Shown here: positions 14,463 through 23,762 of the stretch, one piece after another
How the letters are laid out: every line of letters starts with the position of its first letter
Numbering within the stretch: the first letter of the stretch is position 1
Sequence record: NC_019406.1
Length of the DNA stretch: 64,000 nucleotides
Reading direction: 5' to 3' (one strand)
Notes under the pieces: generated by a model
Database searches by the model: none
What the model was told of the DNA's origin: nothing
Seen by the model: only the letters and a program-made list of their open reading frames with translations
Made by a program: the position numbers and the translations under genes

Positions 14463-17400
14463 ATGGACACCCAACCGCTCAAGCTTAAGGTAGACTCAGG
14501 GCAAGCGCAGGCCGACTTGGCGGCGCTGGCCCGTTCGCTTGACTCGGCGGGTGTCGCGGCCCTCAAGACCGCGAAGAATTTCGAGACCGGCATGGCCGGC
14601 GTGTCCAAGGCCATCAATGGCTCCTTGGGCTCCATGGAGAAGTTCGCGAAGGTCGCGGGCCTCCTCTCCAAGATCAAGATGGACGGTTCGGGCGTCTCGG
14701 CGATCGGTGAGTTCGCCAAGGCGCTGAACCAAGTCGCGCGCGTCCGCGAGATCGAACAGTCGAAGCTGAACAGCTATCGCAAGTTCATCGAAGTCGGCGC
14801 TCAGGTCTCGAAGCTGCGCTTCGACGGCCAAGCCACCAACAGCATCCTCAAGTTCTCCCAGGCCCTGGACGCGGCGTCCAAGGCCCGCGCGATCACGCCC
14901 GCCAAGATGCAGTCGTGGGTCAAGTTTATCGAGATCGCCGCCCGCGCCAGCCAACTGCGCTTCTCGGGTAACGCGACCAGCAGCATCAAGCAGTTCGCCG
15001 AGGCTATGGACTCCATCGCCAAGGTGCGTGCGATCACGCCGGCGCGCGTGCAGTCGATCAAGAGCCTGTTCGAGGTGCTGGGCTCCGCGAAGGGTCTGGG
15101 CAACGCCGGCAAGCTGGCGGGTGACCTGAACAAGATCGCCGAGGCCGCCGGCCGGGCGTCGACCGCGCTGAATTCGATGCCGTCGAAGGTCCGCGCCGTT
15201 TCTCCGGGCTTCCAGGCTGCAACGAAGAACGCAGAGTCGCTCCACAAGGAAATCGCCAAGACGCCGGGTCATGCCGGCCGAGCCAGTAAGGGCTTGGGTG
15301 GTTTGATCGGTCGCCTGGGCGATCTGGGCGAGCGCTTCAAGCTGTCCTATCAGGCCGGCACGGCGTTCAGCGCCTTCTTCTCGGCCTTCACCTTCGGTCA
15401 GTTCCTGAAGAGCACCTACGACACCAACATCGCCCTGGCTAAGCTCCAGAAGGCGCTGCTGTTCTCGACCGGCACCTTTAAGGGCGCCCACGAAGCGATG
15501 GATCGCTTCGTCGGCACGTCGCTGGAACTCGGCCTGAATATCGAGAAGACGGCAGAAGCCTACGGCCGCTTCACTCTGTCGGCTAAGGCTTCGGGCATTG
15601 GCATCACGGACTCGGAAAAGATTTTCAAGTCCGTTGCAGGTACTCTTCAAGTCGTTGGCGCTAATTCTGAGCAAACTGAACTCGCGTTCTACGGGTTGAC
15701 TCAGATGATTCAAAAGGGGAAGGTCAGCGCCGAAGAGTTCAACCGCCAGATCGGCGAGCAAATTCCTGGTAATGCTGTTATTGGTGCTCGCGCGCTGAGC
15801 AAGCTCGAAGGTCGAGTTGTCTCTGTTGCTGAGTTCTTCAAGCGCATGTCTCTTGGTCAGATTATGTCGACCAAGTTTGTGCCGGCATATGCTGAGGCTC
15901 TGCAAGAAGAGTTTGGCGATCTATTGAAGGTTGCTCAACGACGTCCTGACGTTGCGCTGAATAAGCTGACCTCGGCCTTCACGATCTTCAAGAAGAGCGT
16001 GGGTGAAGCCGGCTTCATGGCTTCGCTGGGCCGCGAGTTTGGCCGCCTTACCGACAAGATCATCGTCACGAAGGATGGCCAGACGTCACTGACGCCGGCC
16101 GCGCAGCGTCTCGCCGATACCCTGGGCAAGAACCTCGCCAGCATGGTGCGCCTGCTGGGTAAGGGTCTGGAGTTCCTGGTCGAGAACCTGGATAGCGTCG
16201 TTGCCGCGATCAAGGGCCTCGCCGCTCTGAAGATCGGTGCGACCTTCATGGATTGGACCAAGAAGGCCAACGGCTTTGCAGGTAGCCTGATCCCGGTCAA
16301 GAATAACGTCGCCGAAGTCGCCAAGACCGAAGCGGCGATCGCCGGGGCCGGCGCAAATGCCGCGACGGCTGCTGCCGCTACTCAGGGCTCGACCATGGGC
16401 GGCCCGACTCTGTTCGCCTCGAAGGGCTCGAAGACCCAGACCTACGACAACCTGCGCAAGCAGGGCTACTCGCACGAGGATGCGACCTTCTATGGCTCGC
16501 TGCCCACCCGTGACAACGAGAAGTTCACGGCCCAGAGCGGCACGCTCATGGGGAATCCTGGGCAGCGCACGCAGCGCCAGTTTGGTCGCCGCGTCCAGAC
16601 CTACAACAACACCACCAATGGCCTGAGCGGTAATGCCGTGGCCTTCGGCATGCGCAACAACGCCGCAGCCGCAGCAGCTACCCAGACGGCCACTAAGGGT
16701 GCTGGAGCGATGGCGGCTGCCGCCAAGGGCGCGACTATGGCGTTCACGGGTCTGCGCGGCATTCTCAATGCTCTGCCCGGCATCGCCGTGGCCGCTGGCA
16801 TTGCCCTGGCGGTTTTCAGTGACAAGATCACCGGTGTGAAGACCGCCGCTGGCAACGATGTCCAGGTGGGTGATATCGCGAGCGGTGCGCTGGGCGCCGC
16901 TGGCAAGGACATCGGTAAGTGGTTCAACGATGCTGCGGTCGGCATCGGTGCATTGTTCGGAGTCTCCAAGGAAAAGGCAGGCGGCAAGTCGCTGGGCGAG
17001 TGGCTTGCCTGGATCGCAGCCAGCCTCATCACTTTGGGTAAGGTTCTGTTCTCGCTGGCGGATTCGCTGGGCAAGGTCATCGGCACGACGTTGGCGAGCA
17101 TCATCGGCGATGTGATTACTTTCGCACGGGTCACGGGTCGAGTGTTCAAGGGCGACTTCGCGGGCGCCAAGCAAATCGGTTCCGACTGGCAAAAGCAGAA
17201 GGAGACCAACGCCCAAAATACCGCCAACGATATCGTGGCTGGCACGCGCAACGCATTCAATGTGCAGGGCGTCTACAACGACATCATGTCCGGGGCCAAG
17301 GCGGCGGCTGATAACCGGAACGCCCAGGCCCAGACCGATGCTGCTGTCCAGGCTGAAAACGCTGACATCGAGCGCCAGATGGCCGCGCGTCAGCAGGCCT

Positions 17401-20400
17401 TCAAGGACCAGGAGGCGGCTGCTGAACTGGAAGCTCTGCGCAATCGCGCCAACCTCGGCAACCTGAGCGCACCTTCGTGGGACAGCGTCTTCCAGAAGTT
17501 CGCCGACGCCGGCAAGACCACGGCAGAAGCCGCTAAGACGTCTGCGGATGCGGCGTCGACGACGGCTGCCGCCGCGACGGTAGCGGCGAACGGCGTGACG
17601 ACGGCGGCTAAGGGTACGGCACCTACGCCTAAGAACCAGAACGTCGCCGGCGCCATTACGGACGCTGCGCGCGTCACGGGCGTTAGCGAAGAAGTTTTGA
17701 AGGCGATCGCTTACCGCGAGTCGGGCTTCAACCCCACGGCGGCGGCCAAGACTTCGTCGGCGCGTGGACTGTTCCAGTTCACCTACGACACCGCGCGCCA
17801 ATACGGCCTGACCAAGGCCAAGTCGGTTGCGGAGTACAAGGCTAACCCCGGCGACGCCTTCAATGCGCAGGCGTCTTCGCTGGCTGCGGGCCGTTACGCC
17901 CAAGCTAATGCGGCGGAAATTAAGAAGGCTTTCGGTCGCGATGCGACGGGCGGCGAAATCTACGCCTCGCACTTCATGGGCTCGGGCGGAGTGGTCGACC
18001 TGATCAAGGCTGTCCAGAAGACCCCGAACGCCAGCTTTGAAAAGCTCTTCCCGGCGGCGGCTAAGGCGAACGGATTCACGCAGGGTAAGACGGTTTCGCA
18101 GGTCTACAAGAACCTGACCGACACCGTCGGCGGTTCGGCCGGCACGAGCGCAGCCATCAATCCCCGCGCGGCGCTGGACGGTATTACCGAGGTCGAAGGC
18201 GAAACGCTGACGGCGAAGTACGAGAATCTGAACAAGCAGCTTGCGGCGATCACGTCGCAGGTCGACCCGGCGGCCGACGCGATCGGCGGCATGCAGGAAA
18301 TCCTGGTGCGCCTGTCTAAGCTGGGCGACGCGAACGCCAAGCTGGTCGAGCAGGGTGTGGCGAGCCAGTTCACGCCGGAAGTCCAGGCCTCCTTGCAGCG
18401 CCTGAAGGACAAGCTGACGCGCGACATCACGGATGCCGTCAATCCGTTCATTAAGGACGAGCGCACCGCCACGCAGGCGAACGAGATCACGAAGCTGCGC
18501 CTGAAGGGCATGCAGGACGAAGCTGAGTTCAAGGAGAAGCTGAACGGTCTCTACGAACAAGGCTACGACATCAGCAAGCTCGACACGCAGGAGAACCGCA
18601 ACCGCATGAAGGCGACCCGTCAGCAGACGGACGCCCTGGCTGCGCAACTCGAAGTCGTCAACGCCCTGAATGATGCTCAGCAAAAGCGCATCGAGCGTAC
18701 TGGCTCGGCCGCAGATATCGCCTTCGCGCGTGGCGTCAAGCTGCGTGATGGTCAGTCGCTCAACGACGCGATCAGCCAGATGTCGCCGGAAGAACTGGCG
18801 GCTCGCCGCAAGGCCGCGAACATCGCCGTGCAGACGCAGCGTGATGATGCCCTCTACAACGCTCAGGGCCAAATCCAGGAGATGGTGGCGACGGCAGGCC
18901 TGAAGGGTCGCGGCAAGTCGTTGCGCGACGACTATAAGTCCTTCCTGGAAGACATCAGCGGCCTGACTGACACCTCGCTGTCGCGTCTGGAGCAGCGTGC
19001 TGGACCGGAACTGGCGACCCTCGCCAAGAAGGCTGCCGAGATCAAGGACACCCTGGAAAACCCGCCGGGCTTCCAGCGTTGGGCTGACGGCCTGACGCCG
19101 CTGAAGGAGCGCCTGGAGGAAATTAAGGCTGGTTTCGCGGATGATCTGTCGAGCGCGATCACCGATGCCCTGTCGGGTGAAGACGTCGACTGGCGCGAAC
19201 TGGTTCATAACGCCTCGAAGCAAATGCTGAAGGCGCAGGTCGACAACCAGCTTGGCGGCTTGATCAACATGTTCACGGGCGGCCCGCAGGCGCAGGCCCA
19301 GCAAGTTGCCGGCGGCTTCCCTGGCATGCAAGGTGCGTCGGGCATGCAGCCGCAGCAGCAGCCGAACATTTTCCAACGGCTGTTTGGTACGCGTCCGGCG
19401 AATGGGCAGGTCAACACGGGCGTGGGCGCTGGAGTAGGCGGTGCCCAGGGCAACGCTGGCCCGAGTACGGGCGGCGGTTTCTTCGGCGGCCTGTTCCGTG
19501 GTCTCTTCGGCGGCGGCACTCCGCCCGCTTCTAGCCTTGCGCAGGCCCCTGGCCAGAACACGGGCTTCAGCAGCAGCATGCCCAGCATCTACGACTTCAA
19601 CGGTTCGCCGAGCGTGGCGCAGGCCGGTTGGGCGAACGGCACGGACCTGCAAGTCGCCGGCCCGACCGTGGACACGTCGTCGGGTCTGGGTCAGGCTTTG
19701 TCGTTCTTCGGCCTCTCGAACGCCGGCATCAAGTCTGAGACCGCGATGAGCGGTGCGTCGGCGTTCGGCGGCAATACGGCCGTGACGACGGGCATCGGCT
19801 CGATCAATGGCCCGACGGGCGCAGCGGACGCTATGAATTCGGCCAACATTTCGGTGTCGAACGCCCAGGTGTCGGCCCAGAACATGACGGTTCAGGCTCA
19901 AACGGTCAACCTGAGCGGCAACGTCGCAGGTGGCGGCGGAGCCGGTGGCGCGCCCGGCGTTGGTCCGGCTGGCGCTGCGTCGGCTACGGGAGGCCTGGGT
20001 GGAGGCGCCGGCGCAGGCGGTGGTGGAGCTAATCCGTTCAGCAGCGTCTTCGGTGGCGGCGCGGACCTGAGCAACCTGAACACCAATACGGTGTCGGTGA
20101 ACGACGCCATGTTGACGCCGTACATGGTTGATCAGACTGGCGGCCCCGGTTTCGTGCCGGCGGGCATGGGCATGCCTGACCTGAGCGGCATGACGCCGGC
20201 AGGCGGCGGCGGCATCACGGGCTGGCTCAGCAATACGTTTGGTAACATGGGTCAAATGGGTCAGCAGGTCGGTCAGCAGGTCATGGCCCTTGCTCCGTTC
20301 CTGCTGGCGAACCTGACCCGTCGCAAGGACAAGAACAAGGAACCCAAGAAGAACATCAACGGGGTGATCGGTGAGGCGCGCCCGGTTGAGGTTTCAGGTA

Positions 20401-20930
20401 CCCAAGTTTCGGCGCACGGCAACATCGCCGCCGACCTGATCAACATGGGCCTGAACGCTTTCACCGGCAACTTCGGCGCCGGCGGAGGCTGGAGCGTGGG
20501 TCAGACGTTCGGCAACATGGGCGCCTCGATGTCCAACGGCCTCGGCAACATGGGTGCGGGCTTCTCGCGCATGTTCGGCGGCGGGTTCTCGGAAGGCGGC
20601 TACACCGATAAGCCGGTCCACAAGATGGCCCTGGGCGGGTTCTCGTTCGCGAACGCTCCCCATTACTCGGAAGGCACGCCGAACACCTCGGGCGGCATGC
20701 CCGCGATCCTGCACCCGAACGAAGCGGTCATCCCGCTGTCGCGCGGGCGCTCGATCCCGGTCGAACTGCCGCAGGATCACGCCGGCCCCGGCATGACGAA
20801 CAACATCACCTCGCGCATCACGGTCGTAGCTCCGAATCCGGACGCGTTCCGCAAGTCGTCCGGCGCGATCACCCGTCAGCAGAATCGCGATCTGAAGCGC
20901 GCGGCCCTGCGCAATCTGAGCAACCGGTAA
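14463..20930 (+). CDS. tape measure protein with lytic transglycosylase (SLT) domain
   Basis: 2155 aa, Ala-rich; tape-measure domain; AIAYRESGFNP/SSARGLFQF SLT motifs; LHPNEAVIPL C-terminal motif. Confidence 0.93.
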   Translation: MDTQPLKLKVDSGQAQADLAALARSLDSAGVAALKTAKNFETGMAGVSKAINGSLGSMEKFAKVAGLLSKIKMDGSGVSAIGEFAKALNQVARVREIEQSKLNSYRKFIEVGAQVSKLRFDGQATNSILKFSQALDAASKARAITPAKMQSWVKFIEIAARASQLRFSGNATSSIKQFAEAMDSIAKVRAITPARVQSIKSLFEVLGSAKGLGNAGKLAGDLNKIAEAAGRASTALNSMPSKVRAVSPGFQAATKNAESLHKEIAKTPGHAGRASKGLGGLIGRLGDLGERFKLSYQAGTAFSAFFSAFTFGQFLKSTYDTNIALAKLQKALLFSTGTFKGAHEAMDRFVGTSLELGLNIEKTAEAYGRFTLSAKASGIGITDSEKIFKSVAGTLQVVGANSEQTELAFYGLTQMIQKGKVSAEEFNRQIGEQIPGNAVIGARALSKLEGRVVSVAEFFKRMSLGQIMSTKFVPAYAEALQEEFGDLLKVAQRRPDVALNKLTSAFTIFKKSVGEAGFMASLGREFGRLTDKIIVTKDGQTSLTPAAQRLADTLGKNLASMVRLLGKGLEFLVENLDSVVAAIKGLAALKIGATFMDWTKKANGFAGSLIPVKNNVAEVAKTEAAIAGAGANAATAAAATQGSTMGGPTLFASKGSKTQTYDNLRKQGYSHEDATFYGSLPTRDNEKFTAQSGTLMGNPGQRTQRQFGRRVQTYNNTTNGLSGNAVAFGMRNNAAAAAATQTATKGAGAMAAAAKGATMAFTGLRGILNALPGIAVAAGIALAVFSDKITGVKTAAGNDVQVGDIASGALGAAGKDIGKWFNDAAVGIGALFGVSKEKAGGKSLGEWLAWIAASLITLGKVLFSLADSLGKVIGTTLASIIGDVITFARVTGRVFKGDFAGAKQIGSDWQKQKETNAQNTANDIVAGTRNAFNVQGVYNDIMSGAKAAADNRNAQAQTDAAVQAENADIERQMAARQQAFKDQEAAAELEALRNRANLGNLSAPSWDSVFQKFADAGKTTAEAAKTSADAASTTAAAATVAANGVTTAAKGTAPTPKNQNVAGAITDAARVTGVSEEVLKAIAYRESGFNPTAAAKTSSARGLFQFTYDTARQYGLTKAKSVAEYKANPGDAFNAQASSLAAGRYAQANAAEIKKAFGRDATGGEIYASHFMGSGGVVDLIKAVQKTPNASFEKLFPAAAKANGFTQGKTVSQVYKNLTDTVGGSAGTSAAINPRAALDGITEVEGETLTAKYENLNKQLAAITSQVDPAADAIGGMQEILVRLSKLGDANAKLVEQGVASQFTPEVQASLQRLKDKLTRDITDAVNPFIKDERTATQANEITKLRLKGMQDEAEFKEKLNGLYEQGYDISKLDTQENRNRMKATRQQTDALAAQLEVVNALNDAQQKRIERTGSAADIAFARGVKLRDGQSLNDAISQMSPEELAARRKAANIAVQTQRDDALYNAQGQIQEMVATAGLKGRGKSLRDDYKSFLEDISGLTDTSLSRLEQRAGPELATLAKKAAEIKDTLENPPGFQRWADGLTPLKERLEEIKAGFADDLSSAITDALSGEDVDWRELVHNASKQMLKAQVDNQLGGLINMFTGGPQAQAQQVAGGFPGMQGASGMQPQQQPNIFQRLFGTRPANGQVNTGVGAGVGGAQGNAGPSTGGGFFGGLFRGLFGGGTPPASSLAQAPGQNTGFSSSMPSIYDFNGSPSVAQAGWANGTDLQVAGPTVDTSSGLGQALSFFGLSNAGIKSETAMSGASAFGGNTAVTTGIGSINGPTGAADAMNSANISVSNAQVSAQNMTVQAQTVNLSGNVAGGGGAGGAPGVGPAGAASATGGLGGGAGAGGGGANPFSSVFGGGADLSNLNTNTVSVNDAMLTPYMVDQTGGPGFVPAGMGMPDLSGMTPAGGGGITGWLSNTFGNMGQMGQQVGQQVMALAPFLLANLTRRKDKNKEPKKNINGVIGEARPVEVSGTQVSAHGNIAADLINMGLNAFTGNFGAGGGWSVGQTFGNMGASMSNGLGNMGAGFSRMFGGGFSEGGYTDKPVHKMALGGFSFANAPHYSEGTPNTSGGMPAILHPNEAVIPLSRGRSIPVELPQDHAGPGMTNNITSRITVVAPNPDAFRKSSGAITRQQNRDLKRAALRNLSNR

Positions 20931-20955
20931 CAGCCAACAAGGCTGTCACCGGCGT

Positions 20956-20995
20956 GCCAGGAATCTTGACGCTCCAGGCGTTTCGTGACACTCAG
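20956..20995 (+). promoter_or_regulatory. GCCAGGAATCTTGAC-type promoter of tail tip operon
   Basis: Exact 15-mer match; -10 unclear. Confidence 0.5.
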
Positions 20996-21064
20996 ATAGT
21001 CCCCCGTTAACCACGTCGGCGAAAGCCGGCGCGCCCCTTCACGCACAACGAGTTAACCCCCAGC

Positions 21065-21712
21065 ATGCCCGCTTTCCACGAGGTTCTGTTCCCTACGGAC
21101 ATCTCCTATGGCAGCCAGGGCGGTCCGAAGTTCAAGACGACCGTCTTCATGGCAGACTCCGGCTATGAGCAGCGCAATATCGACTGGCGGTCGACGCGCG
21201 CCGAGTATGATGTCAGCCACGGCATCAAGCGTCTGGATCAGATGCACGAACTGACGGCGTTCTTCTACGCCCGCATGGGCCGCGCCTATGGCTTCCGGTT
21301 CAAGGATTTCAACGACTATCATCTCCAGGCTGAAACGATCGCGATCGGGGATGGAACGAAGAAGGCGTTCCAGATCGTCAAGACCTATACGAGCTTCCAG
21401 TCGGAATCCGGCGAGACCTACAGCCACACCCGCAACATCACCAAGATCGCCTGGGGGACGCTGACCCAGGTCACTGTCGGCCTCGCGGCGCAAACGCCGG
21501 ACGTCGACTATTCGGTCGACGAGAACACGGGCGTCATCACGTTCGTCGATCCTCCACCCGAAGGCGCGCCGATCAAGATCGGTTACTGCGAATTCCACGT
21601 GCCGGTCCGTTTCGATACCGACCATCTCGATTCCGTCCACGACTTCTGGAACACGCAATCATGGTCCTCGATCCCGCTGGTCGAGGTTCGTGATTGGGGG
21701 AACCTGTTCTAA
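21065..21712 (+). CDS. distal tail protein (DUF2460, GTA-like)
   Basis: FHEVLFP, GGP.FKT, FF.AR.GRA.GFRFKD, FHVPVRFDTD. Confidence 0.9.
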   Translation: MPAFHEVLFPTDISYGSQGGPKFKTTVFMADSGYEQRNIDWRSTRAEYDVSHGIKRLDQMHELTAFFYARMGRAYGFRFKDFNDYHLQAETIAIGDGTKKAFQIVKTYTSFQSESGETYSHTRNITKIAWGTLTQVTVGLAAQTPDVDYSVDENTGVITFVDPPPEGAPIKIGYCEFHVPVRFDTDHLDSVHDFWNTQSWSSIPLVEVRDWGNLF

Positions 21713-23340
21713 TGAAGAACCTGACCCCGGCCCTTCAACAGCATCTGCAAAGCGGCGTCACGACGATCTGCACCTGCATGGAGATCATCCGGCGCGACCA
21801 GAAGTCCTACCATTTCACCGACAACGATCAGGTCGTGCGTGTCGCCAACGTCGATTACGTGCCGTACGCCTCGTTCGCTCGAACCTCGATCTCCACTTCT
21901 CTCGATCTCGAAGTCGACGGCATGGAGATCAAGGGCATTTTGAATTCGAACTACATCTCCCGTGACGATGTCGCCGGCGGCGTGTTCGACTTCGCTGAGG
22001 TGCGTGTCTTCGTCGTCAACTACATGGACCCGGATGGCGGGCAGGCCGTGCTGCGTGTTGGCTGGCTCGGCGAAGTGACCATGAACGAGGACGGCACGTT
22101 CAACGCCGAGCTTCGCGGTCTTAGCCAAGTCTACGCTTACCGAATCGGCGAGGCCTACGCGCCCGAGTGCCGCGCGGACCTGGGCGATCGCCGCTGCAAG
22201 CTCGCCCTGGCGCCGCCGCGCTGGCTGCCGAACTACGCTTACAAGCGCGGCGACACCGTGCTGGGGGCGATCAATCCGGCGAACGCTTACGTCAACCTGT
22301 CGCTGGTCAATCCGTCGTTCGACGATGAAGCGGCGGTTACCCTGACCCGCAATGTCGAGGGCTGGACGACCTATGGTGACGCCAAGGGGCGTTGGACGAT
22401 CCGTCAGGACCCCTGGTACAACACCAAGGCCCAGGACAGCTACGCCATTTACAACACCGACAACGGCGACCGCGATACGTCGGACCTGGGGCTCTATCAG
22501 GACGTCAATATCGTCGAGCAAGGCGTTGACGCCTACGAGATCGATACGGGCCTCTGCCGGCTCTATGCGACGTTCAAGACGGCGTGCGTCAACGGGCGCG
22601 AGGCCGGCACGCGCGTACGCATCTACTGCTACGACGAAAACCACAACCCGATCGGACCGACGACGCTCTATGACACGGGCCTTCAGAAGACCGCTGAAGA
22701 TCGTTGGTTCACTCAGATTTGCGACAACGTCCTGATTCCGCCGGGCACCCGCATCCTGCGCTTCGATCTCTTCGCCCACAAGCGCGCGCGCTACGAGGAA
22801 GGCGCCGGCTTCGACACGGTTACGGCCGCGATCAATACGCCTGATGGCGACTTCGCGGGTTCGGATCAGTTCGGTGACGTGGCCTTCATGGCGATGAATC
22901 CGGGCCATACTGGCGATACCGAGCCGGCTTGGAGCAATCTGATCGGCAGTGAAGTCATCGACAACGAGATCACCTGGAAGGCGATCAAGCTGTGGCGCGT
23001 CACCACCTATGTCGACGGCGTCGTTTCTCCGAACAAGCTGCGTCCGACCTACGTGTTCGACGCGGACGGCTACTATGATGGCGGCTTGATCCGCTGGGAG
23101 ACCGGGAAGAACGCCGGCCGCGCCCAGGAGATCAAGTTCTGGAAGGACGGCGTCCTGACGCTGTTCCAGCGCCCCTATCACGTGCCTCAGGAAGGGGACC
23201 GGTTCGTCCTGCATCCCGGCTGCGACAAGCGCCGCGCGACCTGCAAGACGAAGTTCGGCAACATCCTGAACTTCCGAGGCGAGCCCGATGTGCCGGGCCA
23301 GGACTCCTACTACAGCGGACCGGACGCTCCGACCTCGTAA
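21712..23340 (+). CDS. baseplate hub protein (DUF2163/BR0599) with inserted carbohydrate-binding-like domain
   Basis: CRADLGD.RC and PGCDKR..TC..KFGNILNFRGEP motifs. Confidence 0.88.
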   Translation: MKNLTPALQQHLQSGVTTICTCMEIIRRDQKSYHFTDNDQVVRVANVDYVPYASFARTSISTSLDLEVDGMEIKGILNSNYISRDDVAGGVFDFAEVRVFVVNYMDPDGGQAVLRVGWLGEVTMNEDGTFNAELRGLSQVYAYRIGEAYAPECRADLGDRRCKLALAPPRWLPNYAYKRGDTVLGAINPANAYVNLSLVNPSFDDEAAVTLTRNVEGWTTYGDAKGRWTIRQDPWYNTKAQDSYAIYNTDNGDRDTSDLGLYQDVNIVEQGVDAYEIDTGLCRLYATFKTACVNGREAGTRVRIYCYDENHNPIGPTTLYDTGLQKTAEDRWFTQICDNVLIPPGTRILRFDLFAHKRARYEEGAGFDTVTAAINTPDGDFAGSDQFGDVAFMAMNPGHTGDTEPAWSNLIGSEVIDNEITWKAIKLWRVTTYVDGVVSPNKLRPTYVFDADGYYDGGLIRWETGKNAGRAQEIKFWKDGVLTLFQRPYHVPQEGDRFVLHPGCDKRRATCKTKFGNILNFRGEPDVPGQDSYYSGPDAPTS

Positions 23341-23762
23341 TGCTGCGCTCTGAAATCGTCTTCGAAGCTCGACGCTACCTTGAACGCCCCACGCGCTGGA
23401 CGCACATGGGGCGCACGATCACCGGTGTCGATTGCATCGGGTTGGTCTGCGGCGTTGCTGATCGTTTCCAGATTCAGTACGACGACATCAGCGGCTATTC
23501 GCGCAACCCGGATGGCCGTTTCGTTGACCACGTCAAGAAGTTCATGGTCTTGCGCGAGCCGCAGACCGTGGCGCCCGGCTGCGCGGTGATCTTCCGCGAC
23601 AATTACCAGCCTTGCCACATCGGGATCATCTCCGAGAAGTACGGTCGGCACTATCTCATCCACTCCTCTTTGGCGAAGCGCTGTGTCGTCGAGGAGGAAT
23701 ACGACCAATTCTGGCAAAAGCGCTTCCGCTGCGCTCTCGATTTCCCTGGCGTGGAGGACTAA
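23340..23762 (+). CDS. NlpC/P60 tail-associated peptidase
   Basis: H.GR...GVDCIGLV and HIGI...IHS motifs. Confidence 0.9.
   Translation: MLRSEIVFEARRYLERPTRWTHMGRTITGVDCIGLVCGVADRFQIQYDDISGYSRNPDGRFVDHVKKFMVLREPQTVAPGCAVIFRDNYQPCHIGIISEKYGRHYLIHSSLAKRCVVEEEYDQFWQKRFRCALDFPGVED

Noticed and set aside
19200-20600. Gly-rich low-complexity TMP C-terminus as a separate gene or repeat element
   Set aside because: Continuous in frame with the TMP; no internal RBS or nucleotide-level repeat unit seen
21005-21060. Full CtrA sites (TTAA-N7-TTAA)
   Set aside because: Only half-sites (TTAAC) were found here and at 37504, 42515 and 62501; spacing does not give a full site
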